Positions 38,564-49,520 of a DNA stretch of 64,000 nucleotides are shown here, piece by piece (the first letter of the stretch is position 1; every line of letters begins with the position of its first letter). The stretch covers positions 356,086 through 420,085 of the forward strand of contig NZ_CVTY01000006.1 of NCBI RefSeq assembly GCF_001182045.1. Direction: 5' to 3'. Made by a program: the position numbers and the translations under genes. Source of the DNA: Dakarella massiliensis. Its GTDB lineage: Bacteria > Pseudomonadota > Gammaproteobacteria > Burkholderiales > Burkholderiaceae_F. The notes beneath the pieces were generated by a model. That model saw only the letters and a program-made list of their open reading frames with translations, made no database searches and was not told the origin of the DNA.

Positions 38564-40240
38564 TCAGTTAGTGAAGCGGTAAATCTTTTGGAACTCCGCA
38601 TCTTCTTTTTCCGGACGGATGATGTATTTTCCGCCCTCGTTTGCGGAGATGCGGAAGGAATCAGTGCCTGCCGCGAAATGATGCATCAGACGGCTGCTTC
38701 TCTCATCGCACTGGGTTTCGAAGAGCGAGCACCCGAGGAAATACTGTTCCGTCTTTCGGATTCCCAGCACGTCAAGGAGCGTCGGGGCAAGACTGATACT
38801 GGTTGTGCCTTTGGCGTCCAAAATCTGCGGCTTCACCATCTTTCCATACAGAATGAGCGGAATCTCAAAGTTCGACCGTTCAGTCTTCTGATGGAAGGAC
38901 TTGCGGTATTCGGGGGTCGGAATCACGACTCCATGGTCTGACGTGATGACGAGGAGCGTGTTGTCGTAATACGGACTCGTTTTGAACCAGGAGATAAAGT
39001 CCCCGAGCCAGTGATCGAGGTTATGGAATTTGTTGTAGTAGCTGTTTGACCCATCGCCGTATTTCAGGTCTGGGCTGTCAACGCCATGATGAGTGCCGGC
39101 GGTGTACATGCCGATAAAGAAGGGCTTATTGTCCTTGTAGTCGGAGAGCACCTGTTTCAGACTCTGGAAAGCGAATTTATCGCTCCGCGGGGGTTCTCCC
39201 GTCCAGCCCAGGTCATCAGCGCCGTACACACGGGTGAAGGCGAAAGTTTTTAAGTACGAGGTCATGTTGCCCGTACTGAGTTCGTTCGACAGGAAGTACG
39301 TATTGAAATGATGCTGATTCAGAATCGCAGGCACTGACACCAAACCGGATTTCGATAATTTTTTGATCTTATCGTGATCCATCTGACCGAACCCCTGGTT
39401 ACCGACATCCGGGGAAAAACCCGCTTTATATTGCCATAACGAATACAGCTGCCCCCGCAGCCCCCGATAGGTAGCGTAGGTGTGGTTGTAGTAATGATCA
39501 AATGCCAGGCTGTCTTTATAGAGCTGGTCATACGTGGGGGTCAGATTGCGGGATGAATGATTTTTGTAATCCATGACCTCAGCAGAAAACCCCTCAACAA
39601 AAATCACGATGACATTTTTGATCGGTGTGTCTGGTGAGAAATAATCCGCCCCGGCGGTCTCGAGCAGGCTTTGGCTGACGACCGCAGGTTTCCGATATTG
39701 CTCACGGATGGCGGCATTTTGTTTGGGGACGAAGTAAACGTCGTGAATCACGGCTTTCGCGAGGTGCTTGGTGCTCTTCAGAACGCTGTTCTGAGTGAAG
39801 GCCAGAACGATCATCAGCACACCGACCACGGATCCGGCGGCCACGTAGATTTTCTTCCTCACTTTCACGTTTTTCGTGGAGAAAATGGCGAAGAACGAGG
39901 GGAAAAACACGATGGCGAAAATAAAAGCGAGCCAGATCTGTGCTTTCACCCCGATCGCATTGTGGGACGACAGATTCATCACGGTGAGCGGCACGATATA
40001 GATGCCGGTTGACACGATAGAGCACATCTGAAGGGCGACGATGAACTGAAAGATGCCCCAGAGCGCGGCGCGGATGATGAACGGGAAGAGCAGAACCGCC
40101 GCGTACACCAGGGTCGCCTCCGCGCAGTATTTGGCGAAGTGGAGGTCAGTTCCTGAAAGCTTGAAAACCGTCAGAACTGTGAGAAACGTGACGATTAAAG
40201 GAAGCAGCAGCCTGGCGCAGATTTCGGATCGAAGAGACAT
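38564..40240 (-). CDS. LTA-synthase-family membrane sulfatase-fold transferase (phosphoglycerol/phosphoethanolamine transferase-like)
   Basis: Five N-terminal TM helices plus a sulfatase domain (NVIVIFVEGFSAEVM, TAGTHHG, ITSDHG). Confidence 0.75.
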   Translation of the reverse strand: MSLRSEICARLLLPLIVTFLTVLTVFKLSGTDLHFAKYCAEATLVYAAVLLFPFIIRAALWGIFQFIVALQMCSIVSTGIYIVPLTVMNLSSHNAIGVKAQIWLAFIFAIVFFPSFFAIFSTKNVKVRKKIYVAAGSVVGVLMIVLAFTQNSVLKSTKHLAKAVIHDVYFVPKQNAAIREQYRKPAVVSQSLLETAGADYFSPDTPIKNVIVIFVEGFSAEVMDYKNHSSRNLTPTYDQLYKDSLAFDHYYNHTYATYRGLRGQLYSLWQYKAGFSPDVGNQGFGQMDHDKIKKLSKSGLVSVPAILNQHHFNTYFLSNELSTGNMTSYLKTFAFTRVYGADDLGWTGEPPRSDKFAFQSLKQVLSDYKDNKPFFIGMYTAGTHHGVDSPDLKYGDGSNSYYNKFHNLDHWLGDFISWFKTSPYYDNTLLVITSDHGVVIPTPEYRKSFHQKTERSNFEIPLILYGKMVKPQILDAKGTTSISLAPTLLDVLGIRKTEQYFLGCSLFETQCDERSSRLMHHFAAGTDSFRISANEGGKYIIRPEKEDAEFQKIYRFTN

Positions 40241-40549
40241 GAGTGAAGCAGATGATCAGAGATCAGGAAGTGAACTGAAGAACAAAGCGTTAGATCATAA
40301 ATCGTTATAAAAAAGATGTAAATGATCAATATGACTGGGGGTCGGATAATTTTCGCTTTGGCTGATTCGGAATCAGTGGATCCCGGCTTTCTTAAGAGAA
40401 ATTGGCTTTGAAGCGGTAGCAAATCAGTAATAACAGAGTCTGGCGGAATGACTCGTTTTGGGTACGACTAATTTGGATCTTTAAAGCAGGCATTAAAAAC
40501 CCCGGAGGCTTTCACACCTTCGGGGTTTGCCGTTAAGCATCTACTCGAC

Positions 40550-41674
40550 TCAGGAATACGTCGGGAAGCGATCATCCGGCCCGTAGACTGTTTTCCGGTA
40601 GGCGTCCGGAATATCTCGGTGCTCAAGGAGTTCGTTCGCCGCTTCCATCACGTCCTCAACCCGGATTTCCCGCATGCATTCGCTGATACCGCAGCGGCCG
40701 CATCCGCGCTGTTCGCAGAAGTGGCATCGCCCGGGGCTGATCACGACGCGGCTCGCGTCGTTTTCCCACGGTCTCCAGCGGCCCGGAATCGTCGCACCGA
40801 AGAGAATCACTTCAGGGGTCTGAAGGGCGGCCGCCATATGAGCCGGCGCGGAGTCAACCCCGATAAGGAGCTTCGCGTCATCAATCAACGCGGTAAAGGT
40901 CTTCATGGAAGGGGTCTTGCCGATCAGAACAATCGGCTTCGCGACTTTAAGAAGCGAGACGATCTTTTCAATCATCGTCCGTTCTTCGTCAGAGGGCCCC
41001 GACGTGATCACGATCTTTTCATCCTGGCTCGCGAGGCGATCGAGCATTTCAGCCGTCCGTTCCTCGGTCCAGCACTTGAAGAAGAACCGCGCCGCGGGGT
41101 GGACGAGCACATAGTCCTTGAGCCCCCCGACGAGTTTTGCGGCTTCCACGCGCGCTTCATCCGGGATCGTGAGCTTCAGCCCCGGTACTTCTTCCTCAGG
41201 CACCACAACGCCAAGCGCCCGGAGGTGATCCATGTTGAACTGCGCGATGTGGCGCTCACGCGGGAGCACAAGGCTCGCCATGTGAGTGAAGCTCTTGTTA
41301 TAGAAATTCAGCCCCCCGAAATGCTTCGGGCAGGAGATGCTCCGCTTCGGCTTCAGGATGCGGGCGAGCCACATGCCGCGGTTATGCGTCGTGAGGTGAA
41401 GGAGCGTGTCGTAGTGATTCGCTTTCAGCGTCTTCAGAAGATTGATTTCAGCCGCGAGCTGCTTCTTCACGCCCATCTTCTTCCACTTCTGATCGATCGT
41501 GTAAACGTTATCGAGATCCGGATTCCCGGTCAGCATCTCACGCGTGCTGTGATACACCAGAGCGTCGATCCTCGCGTTCGGGTACTTCTTCCGCAGAAAG
41601 CCGATGAGCGGCGTGGTGAGGAGGACGTCTCCGAAGTAGCGGAGTTCCGTAATCAGTATGCGTTCGAGTTCCAC
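40550..41674 (-). CDS. GT9 family glycosyltransferase (LPS heptosyltransferase-like) with Cys-rich C-terminal extension
   Basis: N-terminal LRYFGDVLLTTP motif typical of ADP-heptose:LPS heptosyltransferases. The C-terminus has CHFCEQRGCGRCGISEC. Confidence 0.75.
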   Translation of the reverse strand: MELERILITELRYFGDVLLTTPLIGFLRKKYPNARIDALVYHSTREMLTGNPDLDNVYTIDQKWKKMGVKKQLAAEINLLKTLKANHYDTLLHLTTHNRGMWLARILKPKRSISCPKHFGGLNFYNKSFTHMASLVLPRERHIAQFNMDHLRALGVVVPEEEVPGLKLTIPDEARVEAAKLVGGLKDYVLVHPAARFFFKCWTEERTAEMLDRLASQDEKIVITSGPSDEERTMIEKIVSLLKVAKPIVLIGKTPSMKTFTALIDDAKLLIGVDSAPAHMAAALQTPEVILFGATIPGRWRPWENDASRVVISPGRCHFCEQRGCGRCGISECMREIRVEDVMEAANELLEHRDIPDAYRKTVYGPDDRFPTYS

Positions 41675-42011
41675 AGCGGTGCGGTCCGGATTGATAAGAA
41701 AGAGGGACGGCGGGGCAGGAGAGATCTTTTGTTTCTTCTCTGTCCGCAGAGTTCCCCGATTTTAATAGATACGGGAAAGAGTGACGGCGGACGCTATCCC
41801 GCGGTTCAATGAGGGAGGGGAGAACAGACTCTCGTACTTCTCAAATCGGGATTTGCTTTTCGTGCTCATTTCGCGCGCCATATGAGCACGAACGTTTGAA
41901 GAAATCGCTCTTCACGGTTCTGAGTCAAAGAGCTGACGCTCCCCTTCGGGGTAATAAAAAGGCGCTGTCTCCAGGGAGGAAGACAGCGCCGTCTCGCTCT
42001 AAGCGGATGCC

Positions 42012-43049
42012 TTACAGGTCATCCACCAGAGCTGAGCTCTTCGCGTAAGCGGTGACACGGGCTTCGAAGAAGTCGGTCTTCACCATGTTCGCGTTCGCGT
42101 ACTGGCTGACCCACTGCATGGAAGCCGGTTCCTGAGCGTGGCTCGGATCGTAGGGCTCATAACCCAGCGTCATCCAGCGGAGATTGCCGAGGTAATTGAT
42201 GTAGTCGGTGATCATGCCGGGCGTGAGGCCGCGGACCTTGTCGCCGATCACATAATGACCCCATTCGATTTCCTGGCGGACGCCTTCCTTCAGCATATCG
42301 AGAAGCTCGGCCTTCAAGTCGTCCGTAAACCACTCCGGGTGCTCCTTCTGGAGCTCACGGAAGATATTCCGGAAGAGCCAGAGGTGCGTGTTCTCGTCGC
42401 GGTTGATGTAGCGGATTTCCTGCGCGGAACCCGGCATCTTCTCGTTCCGGCTCAGGTTATAGAAGAACGAGAAGCCGGAGTAGAAGTAGATGCCTTCAAG
42501 GATGTAGTTCGCCATCACGACACGGATGAAGTTGTGCTCATCCGGGTGATTCAGGAACTCGTTATATTGCTCGCCGATGAAGGTGTTCCGCTTCAGGAGA
42601 TGCTTATCTTCCTTCCACTGGTAGAGAATCGAGTTCCGCTCTTCAGGCGAACAGATCGTGTCCAGCATATAGCTGTAGCTCTGCGAGTGGATGCACTCCT
42701 GGAACGTCTGAATGTTGAGGCAGAGGTTCACTTCGCTCGACGTGATGTAGCTCGAGATGTTCGGGAGGTTCGCGGACTGCAGCGAATCAAGGAACACGAG
42801 GAAGCTCAGAATCTTGTTATAGGCGTTTCGCTCCGGCTCCTCGAGATTCGGGTAGTCCTTCACGTCCTGCGCGAGATTGATTTCCTCCGGCACCCAGAAG
42901 TTATTCATCGCCTGGCGGTACCAGTCAGAGACCCACGGGTACTTGTGGTTATTGAAGTCGTTCAGGTTCGTCGGGTTTCCGCCCACGATCTGAATTGCGC
43001 CGATATCAGTATCCCCCTGGGGGTTGAACAACGGTTTTTTCTTGAACAT
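42012..43049 (-). CDS. nrdB: Ribonucleotide reductase class I beta (R2) subunit
   Basis: Ferritin-like diiron helices (EEINLAQD, ECIHSQSYS, ILEGIYFYSGF) immediately downstream of nrdA. Confidence 0.9.
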   Translation of the reverse strand: MFKKKPLFNPQGDTDIGAIQIVGGNPTNLNDFNNHKYPWVSDWYRQAMNNFWVPEEINLAQDVKDYPNLEEPERNAYNKILSFLVFLDSLQSANLPNISSYITSSEVNLCLNIQTFQECIHSQSYSYMLDTICSPEERNSILYQWKEDKHLLKRNTFIGEQYNEFLNHPDEHNFIRVVMANYILEGIYFYSGFSFFYNLSRNEKMPGSAQEIRYINRDENTHLWLFRNIFRELQKEHPEWFTDDLKAELLDMLKEGVRQEIEWGHYVIGDKVRGLTPGMITDYINYLGNLRWMTLGYEPYDPSHAQEPASMQWVSQYANANMVKTDFFEARVTAYAKSSALVDDL

Positions 43050-43066
43050 TTCTTTAACTCACTCCA

Positions 43067-45583
43067 TCAGGACGAGCAGGACTCGCACTCTTCAACTTCA
43101 AGCGACTTGCTGCGGATGTAATAGATCGTCTTCACGCCGCACTTCCACGCTTCGAGGTAGAGGTTAAGCACCTTTCTCATCGTAAAGTCGTTCGTGATGT
43201 AGAGATTGATACTCTGCGCCTGGTCAATGTGACGCTGACGGACGCCGCAGGCCCGGATCGACCAGTTCTGATCGATGAGGTGCGCGTTCTTGTAGAGCCA
43301 CCAGGTGTCGGACGAGAGATCCGGCGCCACGCGCGGGAGCAGCCCGTTCTTCTTCTCTTCGAGGAAGTAGCGGTTCATGATCGGGTCAATGCCAGGGGTG
43401 GTGCCGGCGATAATGCTCGTGCTTCCGGTCGGCGCGATCGCCATCAGGTAGCCGTTTCGCATGCCGTACTTCGCGACATCGGCCTTCACATCATCCCAGT
43501 ACGGGGTGTTGTAGCCGCGCTTCTCGAAGAACGCGCCGGTGTCCCAGTCGCTCCCCTTATACATGCCGTACGTGCCCTTGTCCTTGGCGTTCAGAGCGCT
43601 CGTCTCAATCGCGGAGTGCGCGATACGCTCAAACACCTTATCGACAAAGGCAAGGTGCTCCTCGCTCTCCCAGCGGATGCCGTGCTTCGCGAGCATGTGG
43701 TGATAGCCGCTTACGCCAAGCCCGATCGCGCGGTAACGTTTCGACGTGATCTCGGCGTACGGGGTCGGGTAGAAATTGAGGTCTATCACGTTATCGAGCG
43801 CGCGGACGACGCTTGACGTCAGGTGCTCTAGATACCCCGGCTCATCCACCGGAATGCGGCCGAGGTTGAGGCTCGCGAGGTTGCAGACCACGAAGTCACC
43901 CGGTTTCGTCGTGGTGACGACTTCAACCGTGCCTTCAGACGTCTTGATCTCGCGGCTCACGCTCTGAATCGGAGCCGTGTTCTGCGCGATTTCCGTGCAG
44001 AGGTTCGAGGAATAGATGTGGCCGCAGTGGGCGTTCGGGTTCATCGCGTTCACGAGGTCGCGGTTGAAGATGAACGGGGTGCCCGTTTCCACCACGGACT
44101 TCAGGAACAGACGCACCAGATCCTTCAGGCTGATCTCACGCTTCGTGATGCGATTATCGTGCACGCACTCGAGGTAACGCTTCGTCCACTCTTCGCCAAA
44201 GCTGTCCTCAAGGTTGTAGCCGCGGACCTGGCTGATCTCATGCGGGCACATCAGGTACCAGACACCGTTAAAGTTATCGCGGACCTGCTGCCAGAAGTAA
44301 TCCGGGACGCAGAGCGCGGGGAAGGTGTCATGCGCCTTCAGACGGTCATCGCCGTTATTCGTCCGCATCTGGAGGAACTCGGGGATATCGCGGTGCCAGA
44401 TATCGAGGTAAACCGCCACGGAGCCCTGACGGACACCGAGCTGGTCCACGGCGACCGCCGTGTCATTCACGAGCTTGATCCAGCGGGAGACGCCGCCTGC
44501 GGCGCCCTTGAAACCCCGGATGTCGCTTCCGCGGGCACGGACCTTGCCGAAATAAAGCCCCATGCCGCCGCCGAACTTGCTCACCTGAGCGAAGTTATCA
44601 AGGCTCCGGTAGATGCCGGCGAGGCTGTCAGGCACGGTGTCAATGAAGCAGGACGACAGCTGGTGATAAGGCTTACGGGCGTTCGCGAGAGTCGGCGTCG
44701 CCATCGTCACTTCGAGTTTCGACAGCATGTCGTAGAACCGCTTCACGTACTGCATCCGGACGTCTTTCTTTTCCGGCATCGCGAGGTGAAGCGCCACGCC
44801 GAGGAACAGTTCCTGCGGGCTCTCGAGGATCTCGTTATTGTGGCTCTTGATCACGTAGCGCTCGAGCACGAGCTGAAGGCCGGAGTAGTTGAAGAGCTTA
44901 TTCCGGTTCTCATCGATCAGGCCGGCGGCCTCATCAATCTCTTCCTTCGTGTAGTTCTCGAGAATGTACTTCCCGTAGAGGCCGTGCTCCGTGAGGAACA
45001 TGAGCTTCGTGTAGAAGTCCGTGAGACCGAGGTTCTGCTTACGCTGCGCGAGCTTCCGCTTGAAGCTGTGGCAGAGGAGCCGCCCGGCGATCTGCTCGTA
45101 GCGGGGCGCGTTCTGCGTCGTGAGCTCCACGGCGGAACGGATCAGGGTGTCGAGCTTCTCGTCGACACTCGCGGTGGGCGACACCTGGGAATTGAACTTC
45201 GCGGTGAGGACTTCAAGCGAATACTCAGGCGCCTTGAAGTCATTCTGGATCTCGAAGAGGCAGCCATCGAGGTCGCTGTCACCCGTCGCAACAGAAAGCG
45301 CGAGGCGGCAGGTACGGAGTTCCGTCCGCTTTTCGCGGTACAGAATGAAGTTCTTCGCGACCTGGTAGTGGCCGCGCTGCATCAGAGCTTCTTCGACACG
45401 GTCCTGAATGGTTTCTACGGAGCAGCCCGGTGTCACGAGAATCTGCTTTTCCACGAGATCAAGCAGCTCGTCGAGATCGTCGGGTTGTTCAATGCCTGTG
45501 CTCTTAAACGCTTTCGTAATAGCAAGGGCAATTTTTTTGCGATCGTACTCTTCGGTTTGACCGCTTCTTTTAGTTATCAGCAT
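43067..45583 (-). CDS. nrdA: Ribonucleotide reductase class I alpha subunit with N-terminal ATP-cone
   Basis: ATP-cone (ITKRSGQTEEYDRKKI), catalytic NLCTEI and C-terminal CESC motifs. Confidence 0.95.
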   Translation of the reverse strand: MLITKRSGQTEEYDRKKIALAITKAFKSTGIEQPDDLDELLDLVEKQILVTPGCSVETIQDRVEEALMQRGHYQVAKNFILYREKRTELRTCRLALSVATGDSDLDGCLFEIQNDFKAPEYSLEVLTAKFNSQVSPTASVDEKLDTLIRSAVELTTQNAPRYEQIAGRLLCHSFKRKLAQRKQNLGLTDFYTKLMFLTEHGLYGKYILENYTKEEIDEAAGLIDENRNKLFNYSGLQLVLERYVIKSHNNEILESPQELFLGVALHLAMPEKKDVRMQYVKRFYDMLSKLEVTMATPTLANARKPYHQLSSCFIDTVPDSLAGIYRSLDNFAQVSKFGGGMGLYFGKVRARGSDIRGFKGAAGGVSRWIKLVNDTAVAVDQLGVRQGSVAVYLDIWHRDIPEFLQMRTNNGDDRLKAHDTFPALCVPDYFWQQVRDNFNGVWYLMCPHEISQVRGYNLEDSFGEEWTKRYLECVHDNRITKREISLKDLVRLFLKSVVETGTPFIFNRDLVNAMNPNAHCGHIYSSNLCTEIAQNTAPIQSVSREIKTSEGTVEVVTTTKPGDFVVCNLASLNLGRIPVDEPGYLEHLTSSVVRALDNVIDLNFYPTPYAEITSKRYRAIGLGVSGYHHMLAKHGIRWESEEHLAFVDKVFERIAHSAIETSALNAKDKGTYGMYKGSDWDTGAFFEKRGYNTPYWDDVKADVAKYGMRNGYLMAIAPTGSTSIIAGTTPGIDPIMNRYFLEEKKNGLLPRVAPDLSSDTWWLYKNAHLIDQNWSIRACGVRQRHIDQAQSINLYITNDFTMRKVLNLYLEAWKCGVKTIYYIRSKSLEVEECESCSS

Positions 45584-46332
45584 TGAGTAACCTACTGTCA
45601 GAGTGGTTAGGATGAGAATTGGCTTTTCAGCTGTGTGTGAGTGAGCATTTTACTAGGGAATGTTAATCCGCGCTTAATAAAACCTAGATCTAGTGCTTAT
45701 GGGAGCGGATCAGGCACCAACTGAAAAGGGACGGAAGAGATGTCTTTCACTACGGAACTGAGCCCGGCTGCGTGACCCGATAAGGGACGGAAAAACAGCG
45801 GGATGCGGTTTGAGACGTGACTTCTTCAGAGCGACATCTCAAAAGACATTCTCTTCACAACTGACACCGTTTCTCACCCTCCTCAAGGGGTAGAACCGAG
45901 GGGGAATTGCGGTTGAAGGCAGAAAGTGCCGGATGAATTTCAGACTACAGAAATGTGGGAACGCTGAAAAACGCAGGTAATGAAAAAGCCCCAGGGGTTA
46001 GATGTCACGGACCATATAGGCGGACTTTTCCTGGGGCTGTTGCTGGAAGAGATGCTCGCGGTTTCGGGCTTTACCGGCCCGACTGGAGATTCTTCCGATC
46101 GCAAGAAAAGTATCGCTCTTTTCGAAGAAAAACGCATCAAGGAAAATCCGCTTTTAAGACTCGGATAAGAATGCGATAATAAAAAGAAATGCTGTTGAAA
46201 ATAAATAAAAATAAAGATCCGCACTGAAGCTCTCAGACTACCCGCCGCTGCGCCATAATGGTTGAGACACAGAGCGCCCCGGGAGGCTCCTCTCTTTCGG
46301 GGCACAAAACTCACAAATTACAGGAGTCAGAC

Positions 46333-46791
46333 ATGACGAAAGCCCCGATTTTCGAGATCAATGATTCAGACGGCAAGCCCTTCAAGATGGAAGATCACTT
46401 CCCGATGGTGCTCTACTTCTACCCGAAGGACAGCACCTCCGGCTGTACTACAGAAGCGAAGGAATTCACCGCTCTGATCCCGGAGTTCCAGAAGCTCGGG
46501 TACGACGTTGTCGGTGTCTCGCGTGACTCCGAAAAGAGCCACCAGAACTTCATCTGCCGCTACACCCTCGCGATCACGCTCCTCTCGGACCCGGAAGAAA
46601 AAGCCTGCAAGGCGTACGACGTGATCAAAGAGAAGAACATGTACGGAAAGAAGGTGATGGGCGTTGTCCGCAGCACGTTCCTGATCGATAAAGACGGAAA
46701 CCTCGTGAAGGAATGGCGGAAGGTGAAGGCGGCTGGCCACGCCCAGGCGGTTCTCGACTTCATTAAGAATCCGGAAGCGGCCAACGCCTGA
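46333..46791 (+). CDS. bcp: Thiol peroxidase Bcp (AhpC/TSA peroxiredoxin family)
   Basis: YFYPKDSTSGCTTEA peroxidatic Cys motif. CAGGAG SD 6 nt upstream of the ATG at 46333. Confidence 0.85.
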   Translation: MTKAPIFEINDSDGKPFKMEDHFPMVLYFYPKDSTSGCTTEAKEFTALIPEFQKLGYDVVGVSRDSEKSHQNFICRYTLAITLLSDPEEKACKAYDVIKEKNMYGKKVMGVVRSTFLIDKDGNLVKEWRKVKAAGHAQAVLDFIKNPEAANA

Positions 46792-47023
46792 CCGTAATCA
46801 GTCCTGATTCAAACAGAAACCCGGAGGGTTCTTCAAGAGAGCCGTCCGGGTTTTCGTTTGCGTAATGACAGGATTCGTGCGGAGCCCGCGAGTAAGAGGC
46901 TTTCTGAAAAGTAGCGTTATTCTCATCTTTTGTTTTTGCTATTACATAATTTCACGACTTAGAGTTGCTTTGTCGTTTGTTGTAACTTAATGATTTAACG
47001 GCGCTATCCAAAATTATTAAAGG

Positions 47024-47500
47024 GTGTTTAATAATTTTGACGCTGATAAATACGCAAAACATAATGAAAAAATAAAAAATAGTTATTTTAGTAGTACGGA
47101 AAATAGAACCCCCCATTCTTGTATAATTGGCCGTCAAGATTTTGTCAAAAGCTCTCAGAAAAAAATGACGATTAATGTTCAATGCGTCTACGGGGATGAC
47201 GACATCGAGAATGTCAGAAGCTGCATCATTCCGAATCTTGCTGCTGCCACAAAGGAAAAAGTCATATTTCTGACAATGAATTACGACGCTGCCGGCAAAA
47301 GGCTTGACTCCGGGGATCCGTATGGCTGCGAAGTCTGGGATATTCCGAAGACATCAGACGGTCGGACAGGCTTTGATGAGGAAATCACCACGTTTGAAGA
47401 TTGGTATCTTCAGATGCTCGCTTTCCTGACTTTTGGTGGGCCGGGCGGCAGGTATAAAGAGAGAAAGAGGAAATATCGGGAAAACTTTCGAAGACTCTGA
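47024..47500 (+). CDS. Hypothetical protein (start uncertain; possibly 47165 at MTINVQ)
   Basis: ORF at the edge of the low-GC island with no recognised motifs. Confidence 0.3.
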   Translation: MFNNFDADKYAKHNEKIKNSYFSSTENRTPHSCIIGRQDFVKSSQKKMTINVQCVYGDDDIENVRSCIIPNLAAATKEKVIFLTMNYDAAGKRLDSGDPYGCEVWDIPKTSDGRTGFDEEITTFEDWYLQMLAFLTFGGPGGRYKERKRKYRENFRRL

Positions 47501-47630
47501 AATGATAAGAATTGTCAGCTTTGATTAGTGGCAAGGCATTTCAACCCGCACTTGGTATCTTCCAAAGTTGATCTCCAATATGCAACCAGTAGGGATTATT
47601 TCCCTAGTTGAATTAAAAGATAGCCGCTAA

Positions 47631-49520
47631 ATGAAAAGACTCGCTTTTTATACTTTTTGGGAAAAAGATGGCATTGTCAGAAAATATGTCTTCACGTACC
47701 TGAAAGGCCTTCAGGAAGTTGCGGACAAAATTATAGTTATTGCCAATGGGAAACTTTCTTCCGAGGGTAAAGAGAAGCTTGAAAAGCTAGGCGTTACCGT
47801 CTTGCAGCGAGAAAACAAGGGATTTGATTTTGGGGCCTGGAAAGCCGCTTTTGAGTTCCTTGGCTGGGACGAAGTACTGAAGTTTGATGAACTGGTACTC
47901 ACAAATTGTAGCAATTATAGTCCTGTGTACCCTTTCTCTGGAGTTTTTAGGAGAATGGAAAATAACCTCTGCGATTTTTGGGGTCTGACACAGCACCAGG
48001 AGGTGAAAAACGCCCTAATCATTGCGGGAGACAAAGACTCTTATATCAGACGGCACATTCAGTCTTTCTTCATAGTAATCAGACAGAAAGTCATCCTGTC
48101 TGAAAAGTTTTCCTCTTACTGGGCTGACCGTGTTGAGGCAGAGAACCTGAAACAAGAGATCTGTGAACACGAAACAAAGTTCACAGAATATCTGGAATCT
48201 GCAGGATTCAGCTGGGATACTGTATTTAAGCCGAAGGGAGAATTTAATCCCAGTTTTTATCAGGCAACAGAATATATAGATGCAGGATATCCTTTGGTGA
48301 AAAGGAAACTTTTTAATTCTCCTTCTTTTGTTTGGACCGATCATACCAGAGGAGATACACCCAGTAAGGTACTTGAAAAGCTTGAAAAACTTGATTATCC
48401 AGTCGACGAAATATTTGAGGATCTTCTTGGAACCAGCTGTCTAAGCGTATTGAATAGGGATATACATTTTAATAAGTTTATTCCTGACAATTCCAGTGAA
48501 GATATTGATGATGTGCTGAAGGATAAGAAAATAGCGGTTGTGTTTTTTGCGTATTATCCTGACATTGCAAGCAGGTATCTGCCTTACATTCTGAATCTGC
48601 CAAAAACAGCGCATATTTGCTTAATTTCTACTAGACAGGACACTTTGGATTCATATTCTGAACTGTTCAGGAAATATGATCTCGATTTTGAGTGTCGGAT
48701 TAAACCTAATAAGGGACGCGATTTTGCGGCGTATTGTATTACAGCAAGAGATATTTTTGATAAATATGATTACATTTGCTGTGTAAAAGATAAGAAATCC
48801 CCTCAGATTTCGTCTCTGATAGCGGAGTCTTTTGATAAACAGTGTTGGGATAGTGTGCTCTTTTCCAGAGATTATGTTAATAACTGCCTCCGGCTGCTTT
48901 ATGACAACCTCTCCGCAGGCATGATTTTTTCTCCTCCGCCTAACTTTGGTCCTTACACCTCGGTTGGAAATGAGATGAGCCATAATGAGGAGCATATTTC
49001 GTATCTATGGAAAGAGTTGAAACTCCGCATTCCAAAGGAGGAAAGCGAGTTGGTTGCTCCTTTTGGTTCTATTTTTTGGATTAAAAGCGCCACCGCAAGG
49101 ACACTGCTTCCCCATAATTGGACATATGAGGAGATGCCGCCTGAACCAATTGGACCGGATGGAACGCTTCTGCATGGTTTAGAAAGAATATGGGCGTATG
49201 CCGCTCAGAATGATAGATTTTATCCAGTAATTGCAATGCCTATTTCGTTAGGAGAAATTTATTACGGGGATGCTCTTCTGCAGCTGAGAGATCTTAATGC
49301 GGCTTTATTCGAAAAATATGGAATCAACTTGCATAGACGTTTAATTGATTTGATCAGAACGCCTATAGAGCCTGTTAAGATTACGGCTATAAAAGAGCCC
49401 GCCAAAAATATTTCGATTAAGAAAATCGTCAAGTACCGTCTGATGGCAAAAATTTTTCACGGAAATAGAAGAAAACATTATGAGAAGAAGCTCACCAAAT
49501 ATCTTGCAAAATTTGCCTGA
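47631..49520 (+). CDS. Rhamnan-synthesis protein F (RgpF) family glycosyltransferase
   Basis: N-terminal AFYTFWEKDGIVRKYVFTYLKGL...IIVIANG and a two-domain layout of about 629 aa typical of RgpF/WbbX-type rhamnosyltransferases. GC about 34%. Confidence 0.7.
   Translation: MKRLAFYTFWEKDGIVRKYVFTYLKGLQEVADKIIVIANGKLSSEGKEKLEKLGVTVLQRENKGFDFGAWKAAFEFLGWDEVLKFDELVLTNCSNYSPVYPFSGVFRRMENNLCDFWGLTQHQEVKNALIIAGDKDSYIRRHIQSFFIVIRQKVILSEKFSSYWADRVEAENLKQEICEHETKFTEYLESAGFSWDTVFKPKGEFNPSFYQATEYIDAGYPLVKRKLFNSPSFVWTDHTRGDTPSKVLEKLEKLDYPVDEIFEDLLGTSCLSVLNRDIHFNKFIPDNSSEDIDDVLKDKKIAVVFFAYYPDIASRYLPYILNLPKTAHICLISTRQDTLDSYSELFRKYDLDFECRIKPNKGRDFAAYCITARDIFDKYDYICCVKDKKSPQISSLIAESFDKQCWDSVLFSRDYVNNCLRLLYDNLSAGMIFSPPPNFGPYTSVGNEMSHNEEHISYLWKELKLRIPKEESELVAPFGSIFWIKSATARTLLPHNWTYEEMPPEPIGPDGTLLHGLERIWAYAAQNDRFYPVIAMPISLGEIYYGDALLQLRDLNAALFEKYGINLHRRLIDLIRTPIEPVKITAIKEPAKNISIKKIVKYRLMAKIFHGNRRKHYEKKLTKYLAKFA

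Noticed and set aside
45940-46314. Small ORFs between nrdA and bcp (45980..46168 plus, 45940..46314 minus)
   Set aside because: They overlap each other in the promoter/leader region, and there are no SDs or motifs.
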